DNA from: an uncultured archaeon
Lineage (GTDB): Archaea > Thermoproteota > Nitrososphaeria > Nitrososphaerales > Gagatemarchaeaceae
Direction: 5' to 3'
Length of the DNA: 64,000 nucleotides
Assembly: GCA_963799775.1 (NCBI GenBank)
Contig: CAWCYD010000003.1
Location: 384,001 to 448,000 of the forward strand
Positions 10,296 through 21,814 of the stretch are shown here, piece after piece; within the stretch, counting starts at the first letter, position 1, and every line of letters begins with the position of its first letter. A program made the translations under genes and the position numbers. The notes under the pieces are model-generated. The model was not told where the DNA came from. It searched no databases and saw nothing but the letters and a program-made list of their open reading frames with translations.

Positions 10296-13200
10296 TTGGG
10301 TTATATTCGAAGGCTCGAAGTGAAAGGGTTCAAGTCCTTCGGCCCTCGCCCGCTCACGATAAGCTTCGAACAGGGTCTCAACGTCGTCACAGGACCGAAC
10401 GGGAGCGGCAAGTCCAACATCGCAGACGCGATCCTATTCGCCCTCGGGGAGAACTCGCCCCGGTGCCCTCAGGGCAGCGCAGGGCCGCCTGACTGGGCTG
10501 ATTTATGACCCGAAGAGGGAGGCCGTTGAGGCCGCCCATAAGGAAGCCGAAGGCGAGACCTCAGGTGGTGGCCGGCCCTATTCTGGCGAGGAGCGCCCCT
10601 CAAGCTGCAGGGTAAGCCTGCAGATCGACAACGCCGATAGGAAGATTCCGGTCGACACCGACCTCGTGACGCTAACTAGGGAACTCAAGAACAACGGCGA
10701 GAACTCCTACTACCTTAACGGAAAGAAATCGACAAAGTCGATGATTGCGGACTTCCTCGACGTCTCAGGTCTCTCTCCAAGCGGCCTGAACGTCATCCCG
10801 CAAGGCGCGGCGACCAGGGTCGCCGACCTCACGCCTGATGAGAAGAGGAACATGATTGAGGACGTCATCGGGATTGCAAAGTTCGATGACAAGAAGGCGG
10901 AGGCCCAGAAGCAGCTCTCTCAGGCCGACACAAAGCTGCAGATAGAGCTCGCGCGCACCGGCGAGATGAAGTCCCAGCTGGAGCGGCTCGAGGAGCAGAG
11001 GAACGACCTCGTCAGATTCAACCAGCTCGAGGGACAGCTGAGCTGGCTGAAAGGGGTCCAGACATCCAGAAGGATCTCGGATTTGCGCGAGAAGCTTAGC
11101 TCCAACAGGAAGATGGAGGAGGAGCTGACACTGAGGCTTGAGGAGGTACGAAAGCGAAAGGAGGAGTTCGAGGCACGCGTCGCAGCTCAGACATCGGAGA
11201 AGGAGAAGTTCATCGTAGAGATAGTCCAGGGTGGCGGCGAAGGCCCCACCAGGCTCCGCGACGAGCTCGAGTCGGTCAGGCTCCGCCGTGACCAGCTGAC
11301 GAGCGAGGTGCGCAAGCGCGAGGAGAACACCAGGCGCCTTGAGATGGAGTCGATGCCGACCCTCCGCTCCTTCGTCGCAGAACGAAAGAAGCAGGTCACC
11401 GCTGTCACCTCGACCGTCGAGTCCCTCACCGCCACGGAAGAGAAACTCGAGGGGAGGAGGAAGGAACTGAGCTCCCAGCTTCAGGAGATCCTGGACGCGG
11501 AGGAGGTCCTTCGGGCCACCATCGAACGGAACAGGAAGCAGGCGGAGCGCTACCGGTCAAAGCTCGACCAGCTCACAGAGGAACTCGCGCCGGTGGGCTT
11601 GGAGATCAACGCGGTGCAGGCCGGCCTCGGGGCGGAGAAGAAGAGGGCCGAGGAGCTAGAGTCAAGGGTGAAGAGCTTCACCGAACTTCTCGACAGGCTG
11701 GACAACAACTCCAAGCAGCTCATGGAGCTCCAGACCGAAGAGACGCGGGAGCTCGCCACAATTGACGATGAACCTCTCGAACCTAGAGAAGGAGAGGAAC
11801 CTCATCGAGCAGAGCATCGGCGCCGCGGCCAAGGTCTTGGACAAGGCTTCAGGAGAGGTAGCCACCCAGACCGCCAAGTCCGAGTTCTCGGAGCAGCTCG
11901 GCTCGGACCGCGTCGGCCACAGCAAGCTGAGAGAGCTCTGCGAGGGCGGAGGAGTACCAGGATACGTGGGGATGGTCAATCAACTGATCTCCCTCCCGGC
12001 GCAGTACAGGAAGGCCTGCACCGCCGTCATGGACACTTGGAGCAGCGCGTTCGTCGTCTCGGACGTCCGGTCAATGACCGCCATGATAAAGGCCGGAAAG
12101 AAGCTCAACATCAGCTCGTTCGCCATTATCCCTCTCTCGGAGGTCGCCGACGTGCGAGCCGTCTCGGTGTCAAAGTCTGCAGGGGTGATAGGGCCTCTCT
12201 CAGGAGTCCTAAAGGCCGACAAGGAGTACAGAGGCCTGTTGAACTTCATAGCAGGGGATACGGTCCTCGTAGAATCCGAGGGTATCGCCTACATTCTTGC
12301 GTCAGAAGGGTTCCGGACCGTCACCCCCGACGGCGAGATCTTCGAGCTCGGAGGCAGAGCCTTCGCATTTGGACTACGCGACGCCCTCTCGAAGTGTCCT
12401 CGAGGCGCTCGAAGACATCGAGAACGTCGGAGAGGTCCAGGGCGCCGTAAAGGCCCTGAGGGCGGCCATCGACAAGAGGAAGCAACAGATGGTGTCCCTC
12501 CAGAACGATGACAAGACGCTCACGAAGGACAGGGTCAAGAAGATCGCCTCCGTGGCCGCGCTGAGGGCAGAGGCCGAGACCGTCCTAAGGCTGTCCAAGC
12601 GCTACCGGGCGATGCACCGCTCCATTAACCAGGACTTTGAGTCCCAGATGAGGGCGGTGGAGAAGCTCCAGAGGCGCGAAGCCTCGCTCCAAGTGAAGCA
12701 AGACTCCATGGCCACGGAGATGAAGCTCCTCAAAGAAGGGCTCGCCGAGCTGGAATCACTCGGCCTCGACGGCCACATGGCCGAGATCGAAGGTGCGCGC
12801 AACGACCTCAACCTTCAGCTCAACGAGCTCTCCGCAAAGGTCGGGGAGTTCCATCTCTCCCTCACCAGAGAAAAAGCGAACCTGGAGCAGATGGTGCTAC
12901 CCAACCTCGAGCGCGTCAGGCAAGACCTGGAGGCGAGCGAGATGCAGTACGAGGCTGACAGGCAGTTCATCCAGGCGTCGAGGAAGGAGCTCACCGAGCT
13001 CGGCCACAGGTTCACCGACTTGGACGCGCAGCTGCAGAAGGTCCATCGAGTCTTCCACCAACAGCAGGCCGGTCCTCGAGGAGTTCGACAACAAGATCAG
13101 GCGCCTGAAGGAGGAGGCCTCAGCGGCCGAGAGGTCGGCCTTCAACACTGAGAAGGAGATCTTCGCGCTCCAGCAGGCCGCACTGGCTCTCCAGGACAAG

Positions 13201-13917
13201 GTCGCGGAGCAGCTGAGCAGCTTGAGGTTCTACGGCTACGACGACGTGCTGGATGTCTTCGAGGGGAGCGACCAGCTGCTATCCCAAGTGGAGTTCGAGC
13301 ACGAGGGCCTTGCGATGACCGTGAACAAGAGCTCGGAGAGGGACTACGCGGCGGTCTACGACAGCTACAGGAACCTCTCCCAGAGGATCAACGAACTGGA
13401 GCAGGAGAGGAACTCCATCGTCAGGTTCATCGAGAGCGTGGACTCGGAGAAGAGGAAGGTCTTCGCCTCTGCGTTCGAGACGATAAACAAGGAGTTCGCG
13501 GTCACATTCAAGACGCTCACGACCGGTGAGGCGTGGCTTGAACTGGAGAACAAGGAGGAGATCTTCACAGGCGGGATCTACATGATGGCGAGCTTCAGGG
13601 GCAAGCCGGCCTGGGAGTCGTCCTCGATGTCTGGAGGAGAAAAGTCGGTGACGGCCGTGGCCCTCATACTGGCCATCCAGAGGGTGAACCCGCACCCGTT
13701 CTATCTCTTCGACGAAATCGACCAGAACCTCGACCAGACCAACTCCCAGAGCCTGGCGGACTTCTTCAAGGAGAGGTCGCAGCAGGCGCAGATCATAGTC
13801 GTCTCGCTGAAGGACACGATGGTCTCCCGCAGCGGGATCGCATACGGCGTCTACAACGTGGCTGGGATCTCAAGGATAGTAAGGGCAAAGATGGAGGTGC
13901 AGGTCAAGAGTGGTTGA
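10296..13917 (+). CDS. smc: Chromosome segregation protein SMC, about four frameshifts (~10475, ~11770, ~12392, ~13040)
   Basis: Walker [10 protein letters not shown], coiled coils, hinge, signature MSGGEKS, Walker B YLFDEID. Confidence 0.92.
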
Positions 13918-14563
13918 AGGCGGCATCCTGGCCAGGCCACCCCTGAACCTGCTCATCGACCCCAACGCAGCCAAGAGGAAGAGCCCGTGGGAGATCCACA
14001 TCTCCGAGCTCCTCGACATGTTCCTGCAGGCCATCGCCAAGTCTGAGTTCCTCGACCTCCGCGCCGCCGGGACGGCCGCCCTCACCTCTGCGACCATCTA
14101 CAGGTTCAAGGTAGAGTCGCTCTTCTTGTTCGAGAAGCTCCAGCGCGAGAGGAGGATAATGGACGCGGTCGAGCCTCCGCAGATCGTCGTGATGCCCTTC
14201 CGCTATGAGGTCTACTCGACCACGGTCGACGAGCTCTTCGATGCGCTCACGAGGATCCTGGAAGACATAGTGGACAACGACAGAGAGATCTCGACCATAT
14301 CTCCCTCCCTCCTCGAAGAGGGCCCCCCGCCGAATCCCGAGGAGTACCTCATCACCATCCTTTCGAACCTGCAGGCGTTCGCCAAGGCCCTCAGGGAGAG
14401 GGTAGGCCCGCTGGGGAGGATCAAGTTCTCCGACCTGATCGCGGGGATGCCGCTGCTGGAGGCGTCCCGGACCTTCATCCTCCTTCTCTTCTCGGCAATG
14501 AACGGGACAGTCGTCTTGGACCAAGAGGGAGATGACGACCTCTTCGTGATACTCGTGGGTTGA
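13910..14563 (+). CDS. scpA: Segregation and condensation protein A (kleisin)
   Basis: PWEIHISELL...DLRAAG; follows smc. Confidence 0.85.
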   Translation: MVEGGILARPPLNLLIDPNAAKRKSPWEIHISELLDMFLQAIAKSEFLDLRAAGTAALTSATIYRFKVESLFLFEKLQRERRIMDAVEPPQIVVMPFRYEVYSTTVDELFDALTRILEDIVDNDREISTISPSLLEEGPPPNPEEYLITILSNLQAFAKALRERVGPLGRIKFSDLIAGMPLLEASRTFILLLFSAMNGTVVLDQEGDDDLFVILVG

Positions 14564-14573
14564 TGTCGCAAAG

Positions 14574-15170
14574 ATGAGCGAGTTCCAGGCCCCACCGGGT
14601 CAGCAAGCCCAACAAGAGCAACCGGAGCTGACAGAAGGACAGCCGAAGACGGCCACTGGTGAGGAGGTGAGGGCGCGGATAGAGGCTGCCTTGTACTCGT
14701 CAGGAAGGGCTCTCGACGCTGAGCAGCTGGCCAAGGCAGCTGGAATCACCTCGAAGAAGAGGGCGATCGACGAGGCCAAAGCCATCCAGGCAAGGGTGAA
14801 ATCGACGATGTCCGCGATCGAGGTGGTCGAGTACCCCGGTCAGAGGTTCGCGATGCAGCTCAAGGCGGACTACACCCACGTCGCCAGAAAGTTCGCCACC
14901 AAGCCCTTGTTGTCAAAGGCCGCCCTTCGAACACTCTCTTTCATCGCGTACTTCCAACCCATCTCGAGCGCAGACCTTGCGCTCAGGAGGGGGTCGCAGG
15001 CGTACGACCATGTGAAAGACCTGGAGGAGGTCGGTTTCGTATCGTGGGAGAGGACCGGAAGGTCGAAGCTCTACAATACCACGACCGAGTTCTCCGAGTA
15101 TTTCGGGCTGAGCGTGGATCCGAGCACGCTGAAGCACCAGCTCGAAAGGCGCGCCCTGATTCTCCGGTAG
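14574..15170 (+). CDS. scpB: Segregation and condensation protein B
   Basis: IEAALY, LSKAALRTLSFIAYFQPI, YNTTTEFSEYFG. Confidence 0.9.
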   Translation: MSEFQAPPGQQAQQEQPELTEGQPKTATGEEVRARIEAALYSSGRALDAEQLAKAAGITSKKRAIDEAKAIQARVKSTMSAIEVVEYPGQRFAMQLKADYTHVARKFATKPLLSKAALRTLSFIAYFQPISSADLALRRGSQAYDHVKDLEEVGFVSWERTGRSKLYNTTTEFSEYFGLSVDPSTLKHQLERRALILR

Positions 15171-15229
15171 CCGCCGGGCTGGAAGAAAGGCTTAACACTA
15201 TCCCAGGGTGGGGGCAGCCAGAACGCACT

Positions 15230-15613
15230 TTGGTGAAGGCCGTAGAGAACCTCAGAAAGAGAAAGTTCACAGGAGGGAAGAGGCGCCCGTTCAGGGGAAG
15301 AAAGGCCAGCGAGACGGACGACTATGCGTTCGAGACGGCGGTGGGAGAGACAATCCGCTCCCCAAAGCGGACGAGGGGAGGGAAGTTGAACTTCGGGCTG
15401 CGCTACGCCAACAAGGCCAACATCTATGACCCGTCGACAAGCAAGACGGTGTCCACCGACATTTTGCGCGTCACCGCCAACCCTGCGAACAGGGAGTATG
15501 AGCGCAGAGGCGTCATCACGAGAGGTGCTACGATCGAGACCAAGCTCGGGAAGGCGAAGGTAACCTCCAAGCCAAGCGACGATGGCGTCGTGAACGGCAT
15601 CCTCGCAAAGTGA
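15230..15613 (+). CDS. rps8e: 30S ribosomal protein S8e
   Basis: KRKFTGG...NPANREYERRGVITRGATIET...DGVVNG. Confidence 0.92.
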   Translation: MVKAVENLRKRKFTGGKRRPFRGRKASETDDYAFETAVGETIRSPKRTRGGKLNFGLRYANKANIYDPSTSKTVSTDILRVTANPANREYERRGVITRGATIETKLGKAKVTSKPSDDGVVNGILAK

Positions 15614-15686
15614 AGCGAGAAACAAACACTATATCACTCGCTCATCTCCCGCCACTCACAGTCGAGGCTTCCTTGAGGAGACAGAG

Positions 15687-15986
15687 TTGAAAGAATACGA
15701 GCGGTTCGTCGTCTGGCTCGACTACCTGGATTCTGAGAAGAAGAGGAACGAGGGAAGGCGTGTCCCCTTGAACTCCTGCGTGCGCACGCCGACGCTCGAC
15801 GAGGTGACACAAGCGTGCAAAAGGCTGAACCTCGACCCCCAGCCGCAGAAGGCCTTTCATCCAAAAGCTTCGCGACGAGAGTCAGGATACGTCTCGGTCA
15901 AGAAGCAGGGACACAAGCAACAGCAGTTGATCGCGATAGCGAGGGAATTGTCGAAAATCAGAGGCTCTCAGCCGAAGAAAGTTTAA
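15687..15986 (+). CDS. srp19: Signal recognition particle protein SRP19
   Basis: VVWLDYLDSEKKRNEGRRVP motif. Confidence 0.9.
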   Translation: MKEYERFVVWLDYLDSEKKRNEGRRVPLNSCVRTPTLDEVTQACKRLNLDPQPQKAFHPKASRRESGYVSVKKQGHKQQQLIAIARELSKIRGSQPKKV

Positions 15987-16025
15987 AGGCAAGCTTCGTC
16001 TCTTTGTCAAGTTTAATGCAGGAAG

Positions 16026-16241
16026 TTGGCGAAGGTCATCCACAGAGCAAGAAGCGGAAGGCTGATTATCCGTCTGACGCAAAGAGTCGAACCAGGCTCG
16101 GTACTCTTGGATTCAAAGGGCAGGAACGCCGCCAAGGTCTACGAGCTCATAGGGCCAGTATCGAGACCGTACGCCTCTGCCGCGCCTGCAAGTGACCGGA
16201 GCGACACGGGGAAGGAAGGCCGGAAGCTCTTCCTCGGGTGA
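16026..16241 (+). CDS. gar1: H/ACA RNP component Gar1
   Basis: KVYELIGPVSRPY; srp19-gar1-tfb synteny. Confidence 0.85.
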   Translation: MAKVIHRARSGRLIIRLTQRVEPGSVLLDSKGRNAAKVYELIGPVSRPYASAAPASDRSDTGKEGRKLFLG

Positions 16242-16250
16242 GTCCGAGCA

Positions 16251-17195
16251 GTGTGGGACCCAAAGGCAGACTCCGAACTCTACCGCACAGATTGTCCCAA
16301 CTGTGGCGACAGGCTCATCGGTGACTCTGAGAAAGGAGAGCAGGTCTGCCAGGCTTGCGGATACGTCGCCGCGGCGGGAGCCGACCAAGGGCCTGAATGG
16401 AAGGCGATCGACCTCGAGGAGAAGAGCAAGCGGGTGAGGGTCGGGTCGCCCACGACTTTGACACTCCATGACCTAGGTCTCTCTACCGACATCGGCAGCG
16501 ACATGCGCGACTCACACGGCAAGTATCTCGACCCCACGATGCGCGCCACCGTCGAGAAGATGAAGAAGTGGCAGAGCCGCATCAGGACGATCAACAGCCA
16601 GGAGAGGGGGCTCTCCATAGTGCTCGCAAAGATCACGGAGGTTTGCGACAACCTCAACCTCCCACGCAACGTCGCAGAGACCGCCGCCCACATCTACAGG
16701 ACCTCGGTCAAGCTCAAGGTGGCCAAGTCCAAGTCCATCATGGGGATGACCGCGGCGACAGTCTACCTCGCGTGCAGAAAATGCGGCGTCAGCAGGACGC
16801 TCAAAGAGGTCGCAAGGGCCGCCGGGATAGAGAAGGGGTCCGTCGCGAAATATTTCAGGCTGATATTGAAAGACGTCGAGAAGGAGTACGTTCCTCCGGC
16901 GTCCGTGGAGAAGCACATCTCGAAGCTCGTGAACCTCGCGAAGATCGACCCGCGCGTGGAGCACCTAGCCCTGCAGCTCTCTCGCATGACGAACGACTCC
17001 AGGATCTCGAGCGGGAAGGCTCCCGCCGGGCTCGCTGCGGCCTACGTCTACATGTCCTCGGTAATGAGAGGCGAACACCTCCCGCAGAGAGAGGTGGCAG
17101 AGTTCGCGGAGGTCACAGAGGTCACGGTCAGAAACCGATGCAGGGAACTACTCGACAACTACATTATAAGGCAGAAAGTTGGATGGACAGAGTAG
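16251..17195 (+). CDS. tfb: Transcription initiation factor IIB
   Basis: Zn ribbon CPNC...CQAC, GPEWK, two cyclin repeats, VTEVTVRNR. Confidence 0.95.
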   Translation: MWDPKADSELYRTDCPNCGDRLIGDSEKGEQVCQACGYVAAAGADQGPEWKAIDLEEKSKRVRVGSPTTLTLHDLGLSTDIGSDMRDSHGKYLDPTMRATVEKMKKWQSRIRTINSQERGLSIVLAKITEVCDNLNLPRNVAETAAHIYRTSVKLKVAKSKSIMGMTAATVYLACRKCGVSRTLKEVARAAGIEKGSVAKYFRLILKDVEKEYVPPASVEKHISKLVNLAKIDPRVEHLALQLSRMTNDSRISSGKAPAGLAAAYVYMSSVMRGEHLPQREVAEFAEVTEVTVRNRCRELLDNYIIRQKVGWTE

Positions 17196-17705
17196 TTGCC
17201 AAAAGGCGAGAAGAGCGCGAAAGCCAAGGCCAAGTCGCCAAAGACCTCAACCCCTGAAGCGCAGACAGAGAAGGCCGCTGATAAGAAGCAGAAGCCTGTC
17301 CCAAGAACAGAGAAGACAGAGGAAGAGCTAGTCGACCTGACCTCGAGGGTCTACAAGCTCGTAGTAGAGAGAGGCAAGGACGGCGTCCTCCAGAGCGAGA
17401 TCTGGAAGGAGCTAGGCTTGACGAGCAGGGACGGCTCGAGGCTTGCGATCAGGCTCGAGAAGCGAGGGATGATACGGCGAGTGAAGGTCCTCGACGACGG
17501 AAGGTGGACCTACAAGCTCACCCCCCTCAGGCTGCCGGCGAACATCTCCTCGATGGAGTCCGCGCCATGCATCGTCTGCCCGGTGGAGTCCAAGTGCTCC
17601 GTCACGACAGAGATCAATCCGCTCACCTGCCCTCTGATAGGGCCGTGGGTCATCAAGGAATACGCGGCCTCCAAGTCCATAGAGGTCGCCCCGGCTGTCG
17701 TCTAG
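17196..17705 (+). CDS. Winged-helix + Cys-cluster protein (archaeal Rpc34-like)
   Basis: GVLQSEIWKELGLTSRDGSR wHTH; C-x2-C-x5-C...C C-terminus; adjacent to tfb. Confidence 0.7.
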   Translation: MPKGEKSAKAKAKSPKTSTPEAQTEKAADKKQKPVPRTEKTEEELVDLTSRVYKLVVERGKDGVLQSEIWKELGLTSRDGSRLAIRLEKRGMIRRVKVLDDGRWTYKLTPLRLPANISSMESAPCIVCPVESKCSVTTEINPLTCPLIGPWVIKEYAASKSIEVAPAVV

Positions 17706-17711
17706 TTCACG

Positions 17712-18305
17712 ATGAGGCTCCAGGACGCGAAAAAGGACCCGTACAGAAGACTCGCGCGCGAAGAGGGCTACAAGAGCCGGGCGGCCTACAAGCTCCTCGA
17801 GGTCGTGAGGAAGCACAATCTCATCCAGAGCGGCGACGTGGTCCTAGACTTCGGGGCAGCCCCTGGGGGTTGGTTGCAGGTGGCAGCCGAGGCGGTGGGC
17901 GAATCGGGACTGGTGGTGGGAGTGGACATCGATCCCGTCGAGCTGGACCAGGAGAACATCGTCACGATCCAGTCCGACGTCAAGTCCCCCGAGCTCTCCC
18001 TTCGACTCGAGAAGACGCTCCCCAGGAAGGCAGACGTGGTTCTCTCAGACCTCGCCCCCCAGGTCACGGGCACCTGGGGCCTGGACCACTTCAGGCAGAC
18101 CGAAATCACGCTCTCCGCCGTCTCTCTCATGGCCGGCTTCCTTCGCAAGGGAGGGAACGCGATGTTCAAGGTATTCGACGGAGAGCGGTTCGGGGAGATT
18201 CGGTCCACGCTAACCAAGCAGTTCCGCATCGTGCAGGTGACGAAGCCAAAGGCCAGCAGGCGCTCCAGCGCAGAGGTCTACCTCGTCTGCTTCGGCTATC
18301 TGTAA
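17712..18305 (+). CDS. rlmE: 23S rRNA 2'-O-methyltransferase (FtsJ/RlmE)
   Basis: YKSRAAYKL, DFGAAPGGWLQ, SDLAP, KPKASRRSSAEVY. Confidence 0.92.
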   Translation: MRLQDAKKDPYRRLAREEGYKSRAAYKLLEVVRKHNLIQSGDVVLDFGAAPGGWLQVAAEAVGESGLVVGVDIDPVELDQENIVTIQSDVKSPELSLRLEKTLPRKADVVLSDLAPQVTGTWGLDHFRQTEITLSAVSLMAGFLRKGGNAMFKVFDGERFGEIRSTLTKQFRIVQVTKPKASRRSSAEVYLVCFGYL

Positions 18306-18369
18306 AGTGAGACCTTTCCTCCATAGGACTCTTAAGCCAAAAGCGCGTCCTTTCTCGCAGGGGACGACG

Positions 18370-19938
18370 ATGCACAGGGTCACGATGCTGAGCGCGCTCC
18401 TCGTAGGGCTGCTGGGACTGTCCATCGCGAGCGGAGTTGCCGCATCGTTCGCCGCCGCTGCCCCCAACACTTCGACCGTGGCCGTCGGGACCGCCCCTTC
18501 GGCGATGGTCTACGATGGCAGCAACGGGAACATCTACGTCGCGAACTCCAACTCCAGCTCGGTCTCGGTCATCAGCGGGACGGCGGTGTTGGCCACCGTC
18601 GGGGTCGGCTCGGGCCCCTCGGCCTTGGCATACGACCCTTCGAACGGCTACGTCTATGTCAGCGACACGAACTCGAGCACCGTGTCCGTGATCTCCGGGA
18701 CTACGCTTGTAGGCAGTGTGGGGGTCGGCTCAGGCCCGACGTCCCTCGCATTTGACGCGTCCAACGGCTACGTCTACGTCTCTGACACCAACGTCAAGGG
18801 GAGTGCGAGCCTCCCGGACAACGTGACGGTGATATCTGGGACCACGGTGGTGTCCACAATCTCTGTCGGGTACCTGCCCTCATCGATAATCTACGACCCC
18901 TCGAACGCGTACGTCTACGTGGCGGTCGGGGGCTCCGGCGTGGTCGACGAGATCTCAGGGACCACGGTCGCCGCGACGACGCCCAAGCTCTCCTCGCCCG
19001 GTCCGCTGATCTTCGACCCTAACAACGCTGCGGTCTACGTCGGCAATCTCGGATCTGGGACGGTCTCGGAGATACTCGGGAGCACTCTGGCGGCCAACGT
19101 CACGGTGGGGGTCGACCCTTTATCGATGGCGTTCGACTCTGGCGACAACGACGTCTACGTGGCAAACTTCGACAGCTCAAGCGTCGACGCGATCTCAGGA
19201 TCCTCTATCATGGGAAACCTGACCCTCGGGTTGTTCCCTTCATCGACGATCTACGATGCCTCTGACCAGTCCGTGTACGTCGCAAGCGCCAACCCGGCGG
19301 CGACCCAAGGCACCCTTTGGCAGGTCGAGGGCACCACCCTGATCGGGAACATGACGCTGGGTCCCGAGCCAAGGCCCCTGGGCCCTCAACACATGGTCTA
19401 CGATTCGGCGAACGGAGACCTCTACGTCGCCAACGTCGAATCGGGCAGCGTCCTTGTGATACCTACGGGCGCCCCGGTCAGCTCCACAACGTCAATCACG
19501 TCTACCTCTACGACGTCCACGACGACAACGAGCTCGAGTTCATCGAGCCCCTCCTCTACCACCTCGACGACGTCGGCGTCCAGCACGACGACGAGTTCGT
19601 CGACGACAACCACGGCAACGGCCAGCACCAGCAGCAGCTCGACCACGTCGAGCTCGAGCAGCAGCAGCTCGACTACATCGAGCACCACCGTCTCGCCGCC
19701 GAGCTCAACCTCCACGTCCACCAGCTCGGGAGCTTCCTCGACTCAGACTTCGCCAACGCCTTCTTCGACGTCCTCTACACCGTCTCACACCTCGTCGAGC
19801 AGCACCTCGCCAAGCGTGGCGTCCTCGACCCAGCTCCCGTCTGCCTCCAGCCAACCCACCATCTATGTGGCCGGGGCACTGGGTCTCCTGGGTGCGATCC
19901 TTGTCGCCTCCGCCGTCTTGTTGAGACGACCGCGGTAG
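18370..19938 (+). CDS. Secreted YVTN/YncE-type beta-propeller protein with Ser/Thr linker and C-terminal anchor
   Basis: Repeats of P-x3-YDPSNGYVYV; long S/T tract; TM helix plus RRPR. Confidence 0.8.
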   Translation: MHRVTMLSALLVGLLGLSIASGVAASFAAAAPNTSTVAVGTAPSAMVYDGSNGNIYVANSNSSSVSVISGTAVLATVGVGSGPSALAYDPSNGYVYVSDTNSSTVSVISGTTLVGSVGVGSGPTSLAFDASNGYVYVSDTNVKGSASLPDNVTVISGTTVVSTISVGYLPSSIIYDPSNAYVYVAVGGSGVVDEISGTTVAATTPKLSSPGPLIFDPNNAAVYVGNLGSGTVSEILGSTLAANVTVGVDPLSMAFDSGDNDVYVANFDSSSVDAISGSSIMGNLTLGLFPSSTIYDASDQSVYVASANPAATQGTLWQVEGTTLIGNMTLGPEPRPLGPQHMVYDSANGDLYVANVESGSVLVIPTGAPVSSTTSITSTSTTSTTTTSSSSSSPSSTTSTTSASSTTTSSSTTTTATASTSSSSTTSSSSSSSSTTSSTTVSPPSSTSTSTSSGASSTQTSPTPSSTSSTPSHTSSSSTSPSVASSTQLPSASSQPTIYVAGALGLLGAILVASAVLLRRPR

Positions 19939-19948
19939 TGCTCGTGCT

Positions 19949-21091
19949 CTAGCGCGAGGCCTTCCTGACTGCCACGAGGAGCTCTTCGTAACTTGCGTCC
20001 GTCTTCAGTCCGGACGACCCGAAAGGCTGCCGCATCGCCGACCGTCCGGAACCCTCGAGCTCCTCAACGACGCTCTGGAACTTCACTGAAGAGACCTTCT
20101 CCCTCGACGTGATCCTCTCGAGGGAGAACCCGAAAGGAGGGAAGCGGTCGCAAGACTTCAGAGCCTCCATCGCGCGGGCGGCTTCCCTCCACCCTTGAGA
20201 GGAGCAATATCGGAGGGACTCCCCGACCGCCGCCTCGTCCACCAGCTCTCCCAGCCATTGCGGGCCTATCGACCTGGCCTTGCTTCCGCAGCGCTGGCAC
20301 AGAGCGACAGGCGAGGGCGAGAGAGCGTTCTCGTGGCAGCTCGCGCAGGTCACGACGTATCCCAGCTGTCTGATGCACGAATCCGAGGCGGCCGCACCTC
20401 TGGAGCACCTGAAGTAGACGCGCAAGTAGTGGAGCGTAGAGTGCGCAGCCATGGGCTGGAGTCCGATGTCGAGCACCCCGCCCATCCTCGCACAGAACCC
20501 CAAGAGCACCCTGACAGCCGCCTCGTGGGAGAACTCGCTCCTGCTGACCAGCGCGCCGTACCTCCTAAGCGCGACCCTAGGATAGACACCGCACAGGGTC
20601 GCCGTGTCTGTCGCTGTCATGGAGACGATGCCCTGGTCCTGCGCCGCGGTCAGCGCTCCCTGGACATAGGGGGCCGGGGTGCCGAACGGGTCGATGTCCA
20701 CCGCGTCGAACCGCTCCGCCCTCCCAAATCTGGAGCTGAGGTAAGCGCTGGACTCCTCGTGGACCATGGCACACCTTCCCGCCAATCGGTTCACCTTGAC
20801 GTTCTTGGCCGCGATCTTCGCTGAGACCTCGTTGAACTCGACCAGCGTGACCTCGACCTCGGATGTCGCCTCGTTGGCGACGCGCACCCCTCTGGCTCCG
20901 GTCCCAGCCAGCGCGTCCAGGAAGCTTCGAGGCTCTGTCGCCCTCGCGATCGCGACGGAGACGTCTCTGTTTACCCTCGCGGCAGGGTTGAAGAAGGCCG
21001 GGAAAGTCTTCGGCTCTCGGCCACTGAGGCTCTCTTTGGGAACGAAGAGGTCGGTCGAGCCTTCGCGTATGAGCTCGAGCTCCGGGAGCAT
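19949..21091 (-). CDS. trm1: tRNA (guanine26-N2)-dimethyltransferase
   Basis: FFNPAARVNRD, DALAGTGARG, DIDPFGTP, TATDTA. Confidence 0.9.
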   Translation of the reverse strand: MLPELELIREGSTDLFVPKESLSGREPKTFPAFFNPAARVNRDVSVAIARATEPRSFLDALAGTGARGVRVANEATSEVEVTLVEFNEVSAKIAAKNVKVNRLAGRCAMVHEESSAYLSSRFGRAERFDAVDIDPFGTPAPYVQGALTAAQDQGIVSMTATDTATLCGVYPRVALRRYGALVSRSEFSHEAAVRVLLGFCARMGGVLDIGLQPMAAHSTLHYLRVYFRCSRGAAASDSCIRQLGYVVTCASCHENALSPSPVALCQRCGSKARSIGPQWLGELVDEAAVGESLRYCSSQGWREAARAMEALKSCDRFPPFGFSLERITSREKVSSVKFQSVVEELEGSGRSAMRQPFGSSGLKTDASYEELLVAVRKASR

Positions 21092-21152
21092 CGGAGCCTC
21101 GCCGCTCACTGCGAAGCATTTAAGCCCCGTGCGGAGGTTTCGACATGAAAAC

Positions 21153-21698
21153 TTGAGTTCATCCGGAAAGATCTGGCTGGTCACAGGCCCGCCAGGGATA
21201 GGAAAATCCACCCTGGTGGCGAAGGTAGTCTACGCGGTCAGGTCAAGAGGGCATGCGGTGGGAGGATGCCTCACAAGAGAGGTGAGGGTCGGAAGGGAGC
21301 GCACAGGATTCATGCTCATCGACCTCCTTAGCGGCAACGAGGCCGAGCTCGCCTCTGTGAAGGGACTGGGACCGAGGGTCGGCAGATACAGGGTCAACAT
21401 CAAGAACCTATCTGGCCTCGGGGCAAGCTCCCTTCTGAGGGCCGCCGAGCTAGCGGACTTCATCGTGATTGACGAGGTAGGCCCTATGGAGCTCACGAGC
21501 CCCGAGTTCAGGAAAGGCGTGAGCGCCTGCCTCAAGACAGCCAAGCCCATGCTCATCGTGCTCCACGAGAGCATGAAAGACCCGTTGATGACGGAGATCA
21601 CCGGGCAGACGAACAAGGAGCTCGTCGAGCTGACGCTCCACAACAGGGAGAAGATGGCGAATGAGCTTCCGGCGGAGATTTCATCAAGTCTGGGGTAA
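21153..21698 (+). CDS. Nucleoside-triphosphatase (NTPase_1/THEP1)
   Basis: LVTGPPGIGKST, IVIDEVGPME. Confidence 0.88.
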   Translation: MSSSGKIWLVTGPPGIGKSTLVAKVVYAVRSRGHAVGGCLTREVRVGRERTGFMLIDLLSGNEAELASVKGLGPRVGRYRVNIKNLSGLGASSLLRAAELADFIVIDEVGPMELTSPEFRKGVSACLKTAKPMLIVLHESMKDPLMTEITGQTNKELVELTLHNREKMANELPAEISSSLG

Positions 21699-21814
21699 GG
21701 CGCCTGCGAGACACGCTCGCCGGCGTCGCGGCATGCGGTCGGTTTTACGGCTCGTCGCATCTGCGCTGAAATAGGTCAGGATCATTTCTATTCACGAAGA
21801 CCTCCGGCAAAGAC

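Noticed and set aside
19480-19860. Repetitive tract as a tandem repeat or CRISPR array
   Set aside because: It encodes the Ser/Thr linker of a surface protein; no repeat-spacer periodicity
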